Below are positions 1 to 12,280 of a stretch of 51,329 nucleotides of DNA, one piece after another (the stretch's first letter is position 1; each line of letters starts with the position of its first letter). Below the pieces are notes generated by a model. It was not told the DNA's origin. It did not search any database and was given only the letters and a program-made list of their open reading frames with translations. The stretch comes from Catajapyx aquilonaris (Eukaryota). Position numbers and translations under genes: made by a program. Where the stretch lies: the NCBI GenBank assembly GCA_000934665.2, contig JYFJ02002766.1:1-51329 (forward strand), read 5' to 3'.

Positions 1-2154
1 CCCCCACCCGGCATTTTACAATCAAAAGGACCACCACGAATTTAAATGGTTAATTTTGGCGCAAAGTTGTTATTCATTAATATCACTCCTACATCGAATT
101 TTGAACGAAAAGAACTAAAGAAACGGCCCAAAAACCTGCCAATTGTTGGTTGTCAGTTGTGCCAACTCAATAACCTTTAGTAACTGTATAAACGACCTGC
201 CAGTTGGCACAACTGGAAAAACAACAATATATACATTCCAGGCTAATAATTCGAACGTGGGAGGTTTGCAACCCGCCTTCTTACGATCGATTCTACGTAT
301 TCGACGGTATAGTCAGTATCCGACACTACACCGAAAGAAGTGCCTCGAAGACCGTGTACTGCACTTCCCAGCTGTGAAAGCACCGCATGTGGTAGGCCTA
401 CGCGCGCAGTAACAGAGCAGTCCGACCAATAATGCTAACGTTTCGAATTTGGAACTTACATTTCTCCCCCAGTGCATACGGCCATGTTTCAATAAGCCAG
501 CGCGCGGCTGAAGTATACGAAACATTCGCCGAATCAATTAGGAAACAGTACCTGCGGTTTGCCGACCCTTTGATTCGTTGTTTTGCTTCTGGGTTTGAAG
601 TCGGGGAAGTGACCAGGGGCCCCGGAATTAATAATTCCTCATGCTTGGTCAGAATACAGATGGGGTCATTGTCATGGGTCAGGTCGAATCGTAAGTCGCT
701 AGGTTACGAACAAATTGATTCGGCGAATGTCCCGTATACTTGACATGAGCCGGTGGCGAGGGGGGCACATGTAGGGTGGGAGGAGAAGGGTAAAAGGTCC
801 GGCGGGTGACGATGACCGAGGCGGGAGAGACAGGGAAAAAAGCGACCTTCACCCACGGAGGTCAACATGCAACTGGACGTGTTCCACCCCCACTGCGCAT
901 GCTCGGAACGGGGGCCAATCGGAGGCGTCATGGTAACAATGCGCCATGGATACGTCGCAGCAACAATGGACGGGGGCCAATAGGAAGAGGTGGCGGCAAC
1001 AATACGGAGGCGGACCAATCAGAGGGCTCGGCCCCCGTCCGCAAGCATTTTAATATTATAGACTGTAATATTTGGATGTCACGATCTCACGACATCAATT
1101 TTATTTTACCTACATATAGCCTGATATCTCTGGTCAAAATTGAATAAACTATTAATTTATATGCAATAAGAAATTAAACAAGTACGGAAATTATCTCCCA
1201 CCCAAACCCTTGACTTAAAAATTACTTAAAATTGACTTAAAAATAAAACAAACTCACAAACTTACAAACTCTCATGGATCTGGTACGTAGCTGTGATAAA
1301 TGGCACTAATGTCGATTATTGGATTGTATAATAGCGTGCTCGTTGCCATGGCATCGTCACCAGGAGGACATTCGTGTCGATTATTCGATTGAATAATGGC
1401 TCGTTGTCAAGGGATCATCGCATACACAACACATGAACATGTCAATCATGAAGTGCTCTCATGGCCGTTTCAATCATATAGAACAGAGTATGCGGTGGAG
1501 CAAAATTTCATACCTCGCAGCACATCACTATTCAGAGAAACCTTCCTTCGATCGGGCTACGATGTCGTTAATGAAACATAAAGGTCAAATGGCATCAACA
1601 CTTTCAACTTCTATTCCTTGTATCCAACAGTGAATTTCAATGAAAATAAATGATAAAAAATTTAGTTCAATGAAGACAAATGCCCTGATGAGAAGTGCTA
1701 CATTTGAGGATATTGAAACATGATTTACAAACAAAAGAAAAAAAATCCTACACCATATTTCTCAAATGCTGGAAAATTGGTTATATGACAGATTATATCG
1801 CTCATATAGTGTCAAGATCGATTCCGAGGTCGATTAATTGGTCCATGTTATTTCACGGTGGCTGCTTTACTTCTTGCAGTGCAAATAAGTGGTGAGATCG
1901 CCACACAATTATAATATTGAATATAAGGAGCAAACATAGGAGTTATTGCGTGTTAGTACACTGAGACTGAAGGTTCTTTCGTCGTTACATTCTTGTTCAG
2001 CACGGTTCCTTGCAGAGCAGTTGGACATATCTCAACCTCTCCCAACTTATTACATTCCATGTCCTTCCCCTTTTGGTGCACAATGCTGTGATGTGACCAA
2101 GGATGTGACTACGTATCCTTAATTAAATGTGTCAGTAATTACAAGCAGAAAAAA

Positions 2155-4368
2155 ATGAAGATCGCTCTGATTATCTGCATATTTGCATTGTTACTGACAG
2201 TGGTGTCACGTCGCATAGTGATTCATACAAATGAAATGGAGACTTTTGAACAGACTCAATTCATGTGGACCATTTTGAAAGATGATAAACTAGTGGAGTG
2301 TCCTATGGTTGTGTATCATGATGTTGCAGGTGGGCTGCCAGGCCATCTCACGACTCTTTTGACAAACATGTCTCTTCTTGGACGACCTGTGCTCGTGTCC
2401 AAATCGAGCTCAGCCAGCAGCACTTGGACCTGCGATCCTGAGGAATCAACTTCACAAACCTTAGAACTGGATCCAAAGGAGAAGATGGCCAAATGTGCGG
2501 TGTATCTGATCGTGGCATGTTCTTCCAACTACAAAGCTGTCGTGGAAGAGATATTGGAAGAAGATGAGGCCATCCTGGTAGCGAATAGAGGGAGGGACAG
2601 ATTTGTGTTGTGGATGAGGGATGTCACTGAAGTCAATATCCTTCTGGAGAAGCCACTGTCTAACATCAAATACAAAATTATGATCAACTCGATTCAAAAC
2701 GATTCTTTGCTGGCCCATTCAGTGTGCTATTTCTGCAAAGAAGGAAGCCCAACTGTAGAACTAACCGTGTTAACAACCTCAAATGAAATTGCCGAGAGAC
2801 ATAATATATTTCGGGACACGGCCAAAAACTTTCACGGGAAATTTCTAAATGCCATAAACCCAATTGGCGACAGTCACTTGGAGTGCAATGTGACATCCAG
2901 GAACATTGAATTGTGTTTCTTAGGAAATGCACTAAACTTCACTTGGAACATTTCTCAGGTCGATATGGTCTCCTTATTTAACAACAAGTCTGCGTTAAGT
3001 CAAGTTGCAGATGACATAAATAGTGGAAGGTTAAATTTTGTGGCATGGTGACCCCGCTGGGTGGCCTCCGGGTCACCCGGGGTCGTGTTTGTATGGCCCG
3101 CGCCTCCCCTAGGTTGGCTCCCCTGGAAAGTGGCAGTTAGTGGCCGCGTGGGGAGTCACCTGGCGGGAGGGCAAGGGAGTCGAAGAGAAGCGGGTAAGCC
3201 GGAGCAAGGAGAAGACGTGTGTTTGTGATCCCCCCGGTTTCACGGTCTTGGTCCAATAAACGTGAGTAACAGAACTCCTGTGTTTGTTCTTGGGGACCTG
3301 GTAAGGTACCACGGTAAGAATTTCATCCCGCAAATGCCAGTGATTATGTTTGCAAATTCACTTGGTGATATAACAGCCCCTTACACAACAAACAGTCTCA
3401 ATTTCCTGGCTCGAACGCCACTTGTGAAAAGTACCGCATTCATTGTGCTTTTACCCTTCACACTCTGCACCTGGTGTTTGGTTGCTTGTTCATTATTCGT
3501 TTCTTGCGTCACTTTAGTAGTCATCTCTAAACTACATCCTCAGCAGTCGTTTCACAAGAAGCCCAGTTATTTTGAGTCATTTAATTGGTACATGGACTAC
3601 CTCGTAAAAGTATTTTTTGAAGAAAGCACCCCATTTCCTGACCGTCCCTCATTGAAGATTTTTGCAATGTTCTGGATTTATTTTTCTGTCGTTATTACCA
3701 CTGCATACCTTTCCAGACTGTATACTCTCCTTACTTTCCCACCGCGAGAGGATGTCCCCGACACATTTGAGAAATTGCATCTTTCTAATTTCCGTATAAA
3801 AATGTCAAAGGAGACTTACGGCTACGTAATACTGTCAGTGAGTAATAACAAGTATGCTGAGGATGACCCTTACAAAATTATGGTTGACAGAACAGAACCA
3901 GTGACAGACTGGGATGAGTGTTACCGGAACATAGTCACTGAAGATAGTGTCTGCGCGGAAACGGTCAGGTGGTTAAAAGAGTCACTGAATCGTCTGGATG
4001 TGTATGGCCAGGACCTTGGTTTTATATCCAACGATTGTGCAGTCGTTTTGTACCAAACGATTCTGGTTTTAAAAGGAACTATTTATTCGGTGAACTGGAA
4101 CAACTTGCTACACATCTTCTACAGCATAGGTTTGAGCGAGAAGAGTGAGAGGCTGCTGGAGCACAAAAGATTGCTGGATGCTGCTGAGGCTAGAAGAAGG
4201 GACCAAATTTCTGAGGGTGACGAAGGAATGGTGGTTTTTTCACTACAAAGGTTGCAAGGTCATTTTCTTGTCCTGTTCATTGGGTTGTGCCTTGCTATGT
4301 CATGTCTTGTCGAAGAAATTATAAATTATTATTGTTGTCCTCCTCTCTTTGCACGTACCGGTAAGTAG
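2155..4368 (+). pseudogene. Divergent ionotropic receptor IR1, interrupted by a 280-bp insertion (3039-3318)
   Basis: ORFs 2155-3051 and 3262-4368 are the N- and C-halves of the same protein as 9293-11200. Signal peptide, M1 (LLPFTLCTWCLV), M2 (WIYFSVVITTAYLSRLYTLLT) and M3 (FSLQRLQGHFLVLFIGL) are typical of IR/iGluR. The stop at 3049-3051 lies inside the insert. Confidence 0.85.
3039..3318 (+). mobile_element. Solo-LTR-like insertion with 5-bp TSD AATTT
   Basis: Absent from the paralogue (IR2 reads GGAAGGTTAAATTT|CATCCCG). AATTT is duplicated at 3034-3038 and 3319-3323. Starts TGTGGCA, has imperfect inverted TACCACG at 3307-3313 and AATAAA at 3255-3260. It lacks the canonical CA end, so the LTR label is tentative. 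Confidence 0.75.
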
Positions 4369-4565
4369 TATGTTTATGTACCTGACATAATATTTTCAAT
4401 ATTTCTAAGCTATGATTTAAGTTAACAAGGAATTGGTGTATCCGGGATGTATATAAATTGCACAGTAAAGTAATGTAATGAAAAATATCAATTTTGCAAA
4501 CACATCGGTCATTATTGCAATTGTTTTCAAGACCTTTATCAGGCAAATATTGTCCAATAGATCTA

Positions 4566-4921
4566 GGGGAGGCGGAGTGCTGCTGCGGTAACGTATGCAC
4601 CCACGGATATTAAGGTCCCGGGTTCGATTCCAGCCCGGGAACACCCCCTTCATCTCGTGCAGAGTTCAGGGTCACCTCTGGCTTCGTCTCGGGTGGTATT
4701 TCCAACAGACTAAACCACCCGGGGGAGTTCACTAAAAATGGCCACAACGTCAGATGCACTGCACCTTGCACATCCCCTCCTGTCATCCTGCCCGTGGGCC
4801 CGGGCTTTAATTAAATGGGCACCATGTACTGAACAACTCAAAATACAATAAAGGTCCATGCGATATACCCGGGAAGGGGTGAAAGCATTACCCACAAATT
4901 ATTTATTTATTTATTATTCAT
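4566..4921 (+). mobile_element. tRNA-derived SINE
   Basis: 16-bp TSD TTGTCCAATAGATCTA at 4550-4565 and 4922-4937; Pol III B-box GGTTCGATTCC at 4621-4631; (ATTT)n tail at ~4898-4921. Confidence 0.85.
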
Positions 4922-5924
4922 TTGTCCAATAGATCTATTACATTGGTTCTGTTTATTACAATGCCGGAATTATTTCTCCAGTCGTTATTTCTATTGCTTT
5001 AAATGCAAAAATGACTATACCGAGAAATAAATATTCAACAATTATTCATAGAAATGTTTACGTTTAATACTATGAATATTTCTGGAACCTTCCAATAATA
5101 TTACAGTGAAAATTTATGTTTAAAATTATGGAGAATTTTACAACGTAATCATTTCGAATCTGATATTATTAGATATGATAAATACCTCTATAGATATGTA
5201 CTCATAAACTCCACAGTAAGAAAGCATTCTACTAAAATAATGATGCCCAACCGCAAAATAAATCCTAAGAGGGGGTGTTATTTTTAAAATTTTACAAATT
5301 TTACAAATTATCCATAATTATAAATACATCCGTTTGTGATATGTGGGTCTGTCTGTCAGCCTGGAACTCCTACCGTCATTTGCCTGCCCTCTATGTTCCG
5401 CCACCTACATCCGAGTGCAACTAATTCTGAGATTTTGCAACGAAAATAATATGCCAATAGTGAATAGAGTGAGAAAGTATTTCTCAAAATTATTAAAGAA
5501 TGTATCTGAAACTCAAAAATAATTCCAGTCAGTTATAATATTCAAGTGAGACAGTGTGTGTGGCGATAGGATAAATGCCATTACGTATACTATACGTATT
5601 AATTTCTCATACATTAGCACAATGAGTGCTTTTTAAATTATTTTAAAAGTGCTCGTTGAGAATTGTTTCGGATTTTTAATTTTTAATGTTTTGAAATATT
5701 TTATTTGCATCTACTGATGTATACATAATAGGGCAACTTATGGATGGGATAAATGCCTCTCTATACACATGCACTTGTATACCGTACAACTGGTATAACA
5801 TTACTTAATGGGTATTACAGTATAAATTAACCCTGGAAAGTCGTGGAAATGACTAAAAATACACACTACACCAAAGAAGTTTTAAAATTGTTTTAAAAAT
5901 TGATTAACCCGTTTGAGGAAAGTC

Positions 5925-6060
5925 AAGTGTGAAACCAAATATCACTTATACGCATCAGTTATGCTTGAGAGCTACTGCGTAGTGTATGACCTTGACAGGT
6001 TCATGCCACGACGCCATACATGCAGTAAAATATACTATATGTCAAATGCCACTGGACGTT
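5925..6060 (+). repeat. IR distal upstream conserved block, copy 1 (others at ~8880-9040 and ~12043-12164)
   Basis: Shared core GTTATGCTTGAGAGCTACT...CTTGA(C/A)AGGTTCATGCCACGAC(G/A)CCATACAT, all three copies on the + strand. Confidence 0.8.
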
Positions 6061-6340
6061 GTACAATTTATAAATAATGAAACCAACACCTTTGTATGCT
6101 AAACAAAAGGAATTTTTGAGCATTCGGAGAGGGCAATCAGGTATATACATGACGTATGTGAGGGTACACCAATAGCAAATTCTATATTCATATAGTCGTA
6201 TATTGCAGCATGATTGCTGAGGGTTGACAGTCACGTCTTAGTCTGCTCAGAAGGATTACACTGAAACTTCATTCTATAGTGGATGTTGTCACATTAGTTA
6301 AAGACTTATCACGCGCATCAGTAACTTAAAGGCGATAAAA

Positions 6341-8229
6341 ATGAAGACTACTCTCACCTGCTGCATATCTGCGTTGTTACTGGCAATAGTGTCATGTCAT
6401 ATAACGATCCACAGGAAGGACTCTGAAGAAGGAAAGGACCAGACGCAGTTCATGTGGAACCTTCTGAAGGAGGATGAACTAGTGGAGTGTCCTCTGGTTG
6501 TGCATCATGATGTTGCAGGTGGGCTACCAGAACCCGTCATGACTTTGTTGGCAAATATGTCTCTTCTAGGACGACCAGTGCTTGTCTCCAGATCTATCTC
6601 GGCCAGTATCACTTGGACCTGCGATACTGTGGAACCAACCTCACAAACAAGCTTAGAACTGGACCCAAAGAAGAAATTAGCCAAATGTGCAATGCATATG
6701 GTCATGGCATGTTCGTCCAACTACAAAGATTTCGTGGAGGAGATCTTGGAAGAAGATGAGGCCGTCCTGGTAGCGAACAGAGCGAGGGACAAATTTGTGT
6801 TGTGGATGAGGGATGACACTGACGTCAATATCCTTCTGGAGAAGCCATTGTCTAAAATCAAATACAAAGTTATGATCAGTTCGGTTCATAACAAATCATT
6901 GATGGCCCATTCTGTGTGCTATTTCTGCATAGCAGGAAGCCCAACTATAGAACTAACCGTGTTAACCTCTAATGGGATTACCGAGGGACATAATATATTT
7001 CGGGACACGGCCAAAAACTCTCACGGGAAATTTCTAAAAGCCATAAACCAAATTGGCGACAGTCACTTGGAGTGCAATGCAACGTCCAGGAACATTCAAT
7101 TGTGCTTCTTGGGAAATGCCCTAAACTTCACTTGGAACATTTCTCAGGTCGATATTGTCTCCTTATTAATCAACAAGACTGCGTTAGGTCAAGTTATAGA
7201 TGATATAAATCACGGAAGGTTAAATTTCATCCCGAGAATGCCAGTGATTGAGTTTATAAATGGAATGGGTGATGTAACAGCCCCTTACACAACAAGCAGA
7301 CTCACTTTCCTGGCTCGAACACCACTAGAAAAGAGAATCGCATTCATTGTGGTTTTGCCATTCACACCAGGTACGTGGTGTGCAGTTGCTTCTTCGTTGT
7401 TCATTTCAAGTGTCACTTTAGTAGTGCTTTCTAAACTACATCACAAGTCGTTTAAGAACAATGCCAGTTACTTTGAATCATTAAAATCGTACATGCACTA
7501 CCTCGTGAAAGTAGCTCTAGAAGAGACTACCCCTTTTCCTGGTCGTCCCTCATTGAACGTTTTTGCAATGATCTGGATTTATTTTTCGATAGTGGTGACC
7601 ACAGCCTACCTTTCCAGACTGTACACTCTCCTGACTTATCCCCCGAAGAGGCTGTTCCAGACACTTTTGTGAAATTACAGTTTTCTAATTTCCATATGAA
7701 AATGTCAAAACTGTCTTATGACATATTACATGATAGCATTGATTTTGATGAAAATGACCCTTTCAAAATTATGCTTGAGAGAGTAGAACCAGTGACAGAT
7801 TATGATGAGTGTTACCAATATGTAGTCACTGAAGACAATGTCTGCATGGACAGCAGCTGGTGGTTAAAGGAGTCATTGAATCGTTTGGATGTGTATGGTC
7901 AGGACGTTGCTTTTATATCCGACGATAGCCTAGGCGTTGGGTACGTAGCTATTGTGGTTCTAAATGGACATATTTATTCGGAGAACTGGAACTACTGGAC
8001 GCACATCTTTTACAGCATTGGATTGAATGAGAAGAGTGAGAGGTTGTTGGAACACAAAAGATTGTTGGATGCTGCTCAAGCCAGAAGACAGGACCATTTT
8101 GTTGATGTTGACAAAGGAATGGTGGTGTTTTCACTACAAAGGTTGCAGGGTCATTTTATTGTCCTGTTCATTGGGCTGGGCCTTGCGATTACAGTCTTTA
8201 TAAAAGAAATTATATTTAATGTTATTTAA
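6341..8229 (+). pseudogene. Divergent ionotropic receptor IR2 with a 1-bp frameshift
   Basis: ORFs 6341-7672 and 7669-8229 together give a full paralogue. One extra C in the C5 run at 7640-7644 restores YPPEEAVPDTF (compare FPPREDVPDTF in IR1). It may be a homopolymer sequencing error. Confidence 0.8.
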
Positions 8230-8879
8230 TGTATAATCGATCCCTAGTTAAACTCCCAAGGGTCCAGACTTTACGATCACCCTCAGGTGCGTTTGTTTAC
8301 ATGCCAGTTGACGCGGCAGCCGCGTGGCCTTTGCTTGTTCGACTCAGCTTGGCTCTCGCCAAGTGGACTGTGGGACTGTCATGGTAGTTCAGTCACCATC
8401 CAAGAGATGGCAGGAGTATATTGAACCCTTACAAAATTATGTGTGAACCTGTAACATGGCTTTCACGCCTGCACACTTGTTACGTTGGGGAGAGAAAGTT
8501 GTCTGACACTCTTTGACTTCTCCAACACTGTAAACAACTACACAATTCCAAGAGAATATTTTGATGTTAGTCTAATAAAATGTAACTGATGTAAAATAAT
8601 GGCATTAAATACATGACAGCACATTTTTTTAAACATTGATTATTTATTTATTTTCAAAACCTATTAATTCATCAATTTTCTATGCTAATATACAGTATAA
8701 GAAAACCACGTCTGATACACCCTCATTGCACTGCCTGCACGTTGTTCTCGTTGATGGTGGCGAAGAGGACACCACCCACTCTAAAACAAAGGATGTGACG
8801 GAGAGACACGGTGTCAGACCATACCCGCTGCTGATCCGCTGACTAAGCTGGTCAATAGTCACTACAAGGTCACTAAAGC

Positions 8880-9040
8880 TCACAGCCCATGACAATTCAA
8901 ACTCTCGTCGACATGGTGTGAGTAGCCTACAAATATCACTTCTACGCACCAGTTATGCTTGAGAGCTACTACATATGAACTTGAAAGGTTCATGCCACGA
9001 CGCCATACATAAAATATAAATGTCAAATGGCACTGGAAGT
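8880..9040 (+). repeat. IR distal upstream conserved block, copy 2
   Basis: Matches 5925-6060 and 12043-12164. Confidence 0.8.
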
Positions 9041-9292
9041 CGTTCACTATCAGTTGAACTTACCCATGGAGTGCAATAAACAGAAATAATTCAATAATTC
9101 AATGAAGAGATACGTATTTCAACAGAGTGAGATGATGTGGAGATGATAGCCCTCAAGACAATATATTTGAAAAATGGAAAATCTTAAATAGAAAAATGGA
9201 ACTTAAAAAATAAAATCCGCAAAAAATTTCACAACAGTACCAAGTATGTGTATACTCATGTATTTTCAAAATTTTGTACATCGATTTCTGTG

Positions 9293-11200
9293 CTAAAGAC
9301 ATGTGACAGTGCTATAGTGAAGTACAATAATTTCTTTTATAAAGACGGCACTCGAAAGGCCCAACCCAATTAACAGGACAATGAAATGACCCTGCAACCT
9401 GTGGAGTGAAAACACCACCCTTCCTTCATCACCCTCAGCAATTTGGTCCCTTCTTCTGGCTTTGGCAGCATCCAGCAGTCTTCTATGCTCCAGCAGCCTC
9501 TCTCTCTTCAAGTGAAGTCCAATGCTGTAGAATATGTGCGACCAGTAGTTCCAAGCCTCAGCATAAACAGTTCCTTTTAGAAGCACATCTCCTATATACG
9601 ACTGGGAAAAACTATCGTCAGATATGAAAGCAATGTCCTGTCCATACACATCCAAACGATTCAACGATTCCTTGAGCCACCTGCTACTTTCCATACAGAC
9701 ACTGTCTTCAGTGATTACATTTCGGTAACACTCATCCCAGTCTGTCACTGGTTCTATTCTTCCCCACATAATTTTGTAAGGGTCATTCTTATCCAGGTCA
9801 GTACCCCAGCCTCTTACATTATAAGTTTCCTTTGGCATCTTTATGGAGAAGCTAGAAAACAGCAATTTCTCAAAAGTATCGGGGACATCCTCTGTTGGGG
9901 GAAAAGTAAGGAAAGTGTACAGTTTGGAAAGGTAGGCTGTGGTAATGACTACTGAAAAATATATCCAGAACATTACAAAAACATTCAATGCCGAATGATC
10001 AGGAAATGGCGTGCTCTCTTCTAAAGCTACTTTCACAAGGTAGTGCATATATGATTTAAATGACTCACAGTAACTGGCCTTGTTCCGATTCAACTTTTGA
10101 GGATGTAGTTTAGAGAGCACTACTAAAGTGACAATTGAAATTAACAATGACGAAGCAACCAAACACCACATGCCGAGTGTGAAGGGAAATGCTACAATGA
10201 ATGTGATCTTCTTTTCTAGTGGAGATCGAGCCATGAATGTCAATTTGATACTCCAGTAAGGGGCTATTAACTCACCAATCGCATTTAGAAACTCTATCAT
10301 TGGCATTTGCGAGAGGAAATTTAATCTTCCTCTATTTACGTCATTTAAAACTAGACCTATCGCAGATATGTTGCTAAACAATGAGGCAAAATTGAACTCA
10401 GAATTATTCCAAGTGAAGTTTAGCGCAATGCCCAAGAAACACAATTGAATGCTCCTGGATGTTGCATTGCACTCCAAGTGACTTTCATCAAAAAAATTTA
10501 TAGATTTCAAAAATTTCCCGTGCAAGTTTTTGGCCGTATCCTTAAATACGTGTCTATCGGCAATTTCATGGGATTGTAATATGGTCGACTTAACAGTTTG
10601 GTTTCCTTCTTTGCAGAAATAGCAGACGGAATGGACCATCAAAGAGCTGTTTTGAATCGAGTTAATCATCACTTTATATTTGATTTTAGACAGTGGGTCC
10701 TCCAGAAGGACACTGATGTCATTGTCATCCCTCATCCACAACACAAATCTGTCCCTCATACTATTCACCACCAGGATGGCCTCATCTTCTTCCAAGACCT
10801 CCTCCATGAAATCTTCGTAGTTGGACGAACATGCCACGACAAGATGCACTGCACACTTGGCCATCTTCTCCTTTGGGTCCAGTTCTACACCGGATGGTAT
10901 GCTTGACTCCACGGTATCGCAGGTCCAAGTGCTGCTGGCCGAGCTCGATGTGGAGACAAGAACAGGTCGGCCAAGAAGAGACATGTTTGTCAACAGAGTG
11001 ATGATAGATCCTGGCAGCCCACCTGCAACATCATGATGCACAACCAGTGGACACTCTACAAGTTCATTGTCCTTTAAAAGGTTCCACATGAACTGTGCCT
11101 GTTCCTTTCCTTCTTGACTGTCCCTCAAGTGAATTGGTGTGCGACCTGACACCACTGCCAATAACAATGCAGATATGCAGCAGGTGAAAGTGATCTGCAT
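9293..11200 (-). CDS. Divergent ionotropic receptor IR3 (635 aa, intronless, intact)
   Basis: Signal peptide, N-terminal extracellular domain, M1, pore region (YLVKVALEES), M2 WIYFSVVITTAYLSKLYTFLT, S2 and M3 FSLHRLQGHFIVLLIGL. Confidence 0.9.
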   Translation of the reverse strand: MQITFTCCISALLLAVVSGRTPIHLRDSQEGKEQAQFMWNLLKDNELVECPLVVHHDVAGGLPGSIITLLTNMSLLGRPVLVSTSSSASSTWTCDTVESSIPSGVELDPKEKMAKCAVHLVVACSSNYEDFMEEVLEEDEAILVVNSMRDRFVLWMRDDNDISVLLEDPLSKIKYKVMINSIQNSSLMVHSVCYFCKEGNQTVKSTILQSHEIADRHVFKDTAKNLHGKFLKSINFFDESHLECNATSRSIQLCFLGIALNFTWNNSEFNFASLFSNISAIGLVLNDVNRGRLNFLSQMPMIEFLNAIGELIAPYWSIKLTFMARSPLEKKITFIVAFPFTLGMWCLVASSLLISIVTLVVLSKLHPQKLNRNKASYCESFKSYMHYLVKVALEESTPFPDHSALNVFVMFWIYFSVVITTAYLSKLYTFLTFPPTEDVPDTFEKLLFSSFSIKMPKETYNVRGWGTDLDKNDPYKIMWGRIEPVTDWDECYRNVITEDSVCMESSRWLKESLNRLDVYGQDIAFISDDSFSQSYIGDVLLKGTVYAEAWNYWSHIFYSIGLHLKRERLLEHRRLLDAAKARRRDQIAEGDEGRVVFSLHRLQGHFIVLLIGLGLSSAVFIKEIIVLHYSTVTCL

Positions 11201-11688
11201 TTTTGTTTCCTCTTAATTACTGATCCACGTGGAAATATTGTTCTCTAAATAATGTGGCAATGTACACTTTAGAATGAAGTTTTAATGCAATCCTTCTGAG
11301 GAGACTAAGACATGGCAAGTCTACCTTGCCCAGCAACCATGCTGCACTGTGGAAATAGAATTTACTATTTTCCACCTTCACTCGCGTTATGCAGAAAATA
11401 TGTAACGAACCTTACCCTCCCCGAACGCTCAATACTTCCTTTGATTTAGACTTCAAAGGTGTTGGTGTTGCTATCTCATTACTTATAAATACAACTGGAG
11501 GTGAGGGAGCCATCATGGTGAAGGTAAACACACTGAAATATCAAGCTCGGAATATATTATACCTCTGGTGTCTGTATGTTAAATGTTTCTCAATGGTATT
11601 GCAGTAATCTCACCCTTTGTTGATGAAAATCTTGGTCCAACAAGTAATCAGTTTAGCTTGTACATTATCACGTGTACAGTAATGTCAC

Positions 11689-11825
11689 TGAGGTCCCGAG
11701 TTCGATCTCCGGATCAGACAGAGGATACATATGTGGATAGTTTCGATGGGTTCTCTCTGTGTTCGAGTGGGTTTTCTGGGGTTCTCCCGTTTCCTACCAC
11801 TATCAAAATATACCAATACCAATAC
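11689..11825 (+). mobile_element. Degenerate tRNA-SINE fragment
   Basis: B-box-like GAGTTCGATCTC at 11698-11709, followed by GGGTTTTCTGGGGTTCTCCCGTTTCC, which resembles a conserved SINE central domain (V-domain-like). No TSD seen. Confidence 0.45.
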
Positions 11826-12042
11826 ATACTGCTAGTGATGATAAAATTAAGAGTTACAAATTAGTTTTAATGAAGCATCATAATTATGGAAATCTGTGTT
11901 CTACTTGTAGTTTGTCAAATATCACAAGCAAATTACCTATTTCAAATAATTCCTGGATAAAAATACATGATTAACGTATAGTTGAATGACTACTACGCAG
12001 CTCGTGCCATAGCAAGGTTATTACTAAGATATAAGCCTGACC

Positions 12043-12164
12043 TGACAGCCCATGACAGTTCAAACTCTCCTCGACATGGTGTGAGGTTAAATATCACCTG
12101 TTATGCTTGAGAGCTACTGTATATGACCTTGACAGGTTCATGCCACGACACCATACATGAAATA
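12043..12164 (+). repeat. IR distal upstream conserved block, copy 3 (no IR gene follows it)
   Basis: Matches 8880-9016 and ends at the mini-Helitron. Confidence 0.8.
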
Positions 12165-12280
12165 CTAGCAGAGGAGCCATTCTTCGCACGGCCTGTTTCC
12201 ATATGGTAATCAATCACCAACAAAATGCTGTTGCCATGGGCAAACAAAAAAACAAACAAACTTTGCCTTACATACGTAGA
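12165..12280 (-). mobile_element. Non-autonomous mini-Helitron (116 bp)
   Basis: Minus strand reads A|TCTACGTATGTAAGGCAAAGTTTGTTTG...GGCCGTGCGAAGAATGGCT-CCTCTG-CTAG|T: 5' TC, 3' hairpin plus CTAG, A|T insertion site, no TSD. Confidence 0.75.

Noticed and set aside
154..215. 14-bp inverted repeat CAGTTGTGCCAACT / AGTTGGCACAACTG
   Set aside because: Real, but probably part of a repeat cut by the window edge; it cannot be classified.
741..1081. GC-rich segment bounded by TGACAT...ATGTCA (solo-LTR-like), overlapping ORF 806-1147
   Set aside because: No TSD (ATACT versus CGATC) and no recognisable protein; a 6-bp inverted match can be chance.
4566..4645. Possible tRNA gene
   Set aside because: No convincing cloverleaf; it is the head of a TSD-flanked SINE.
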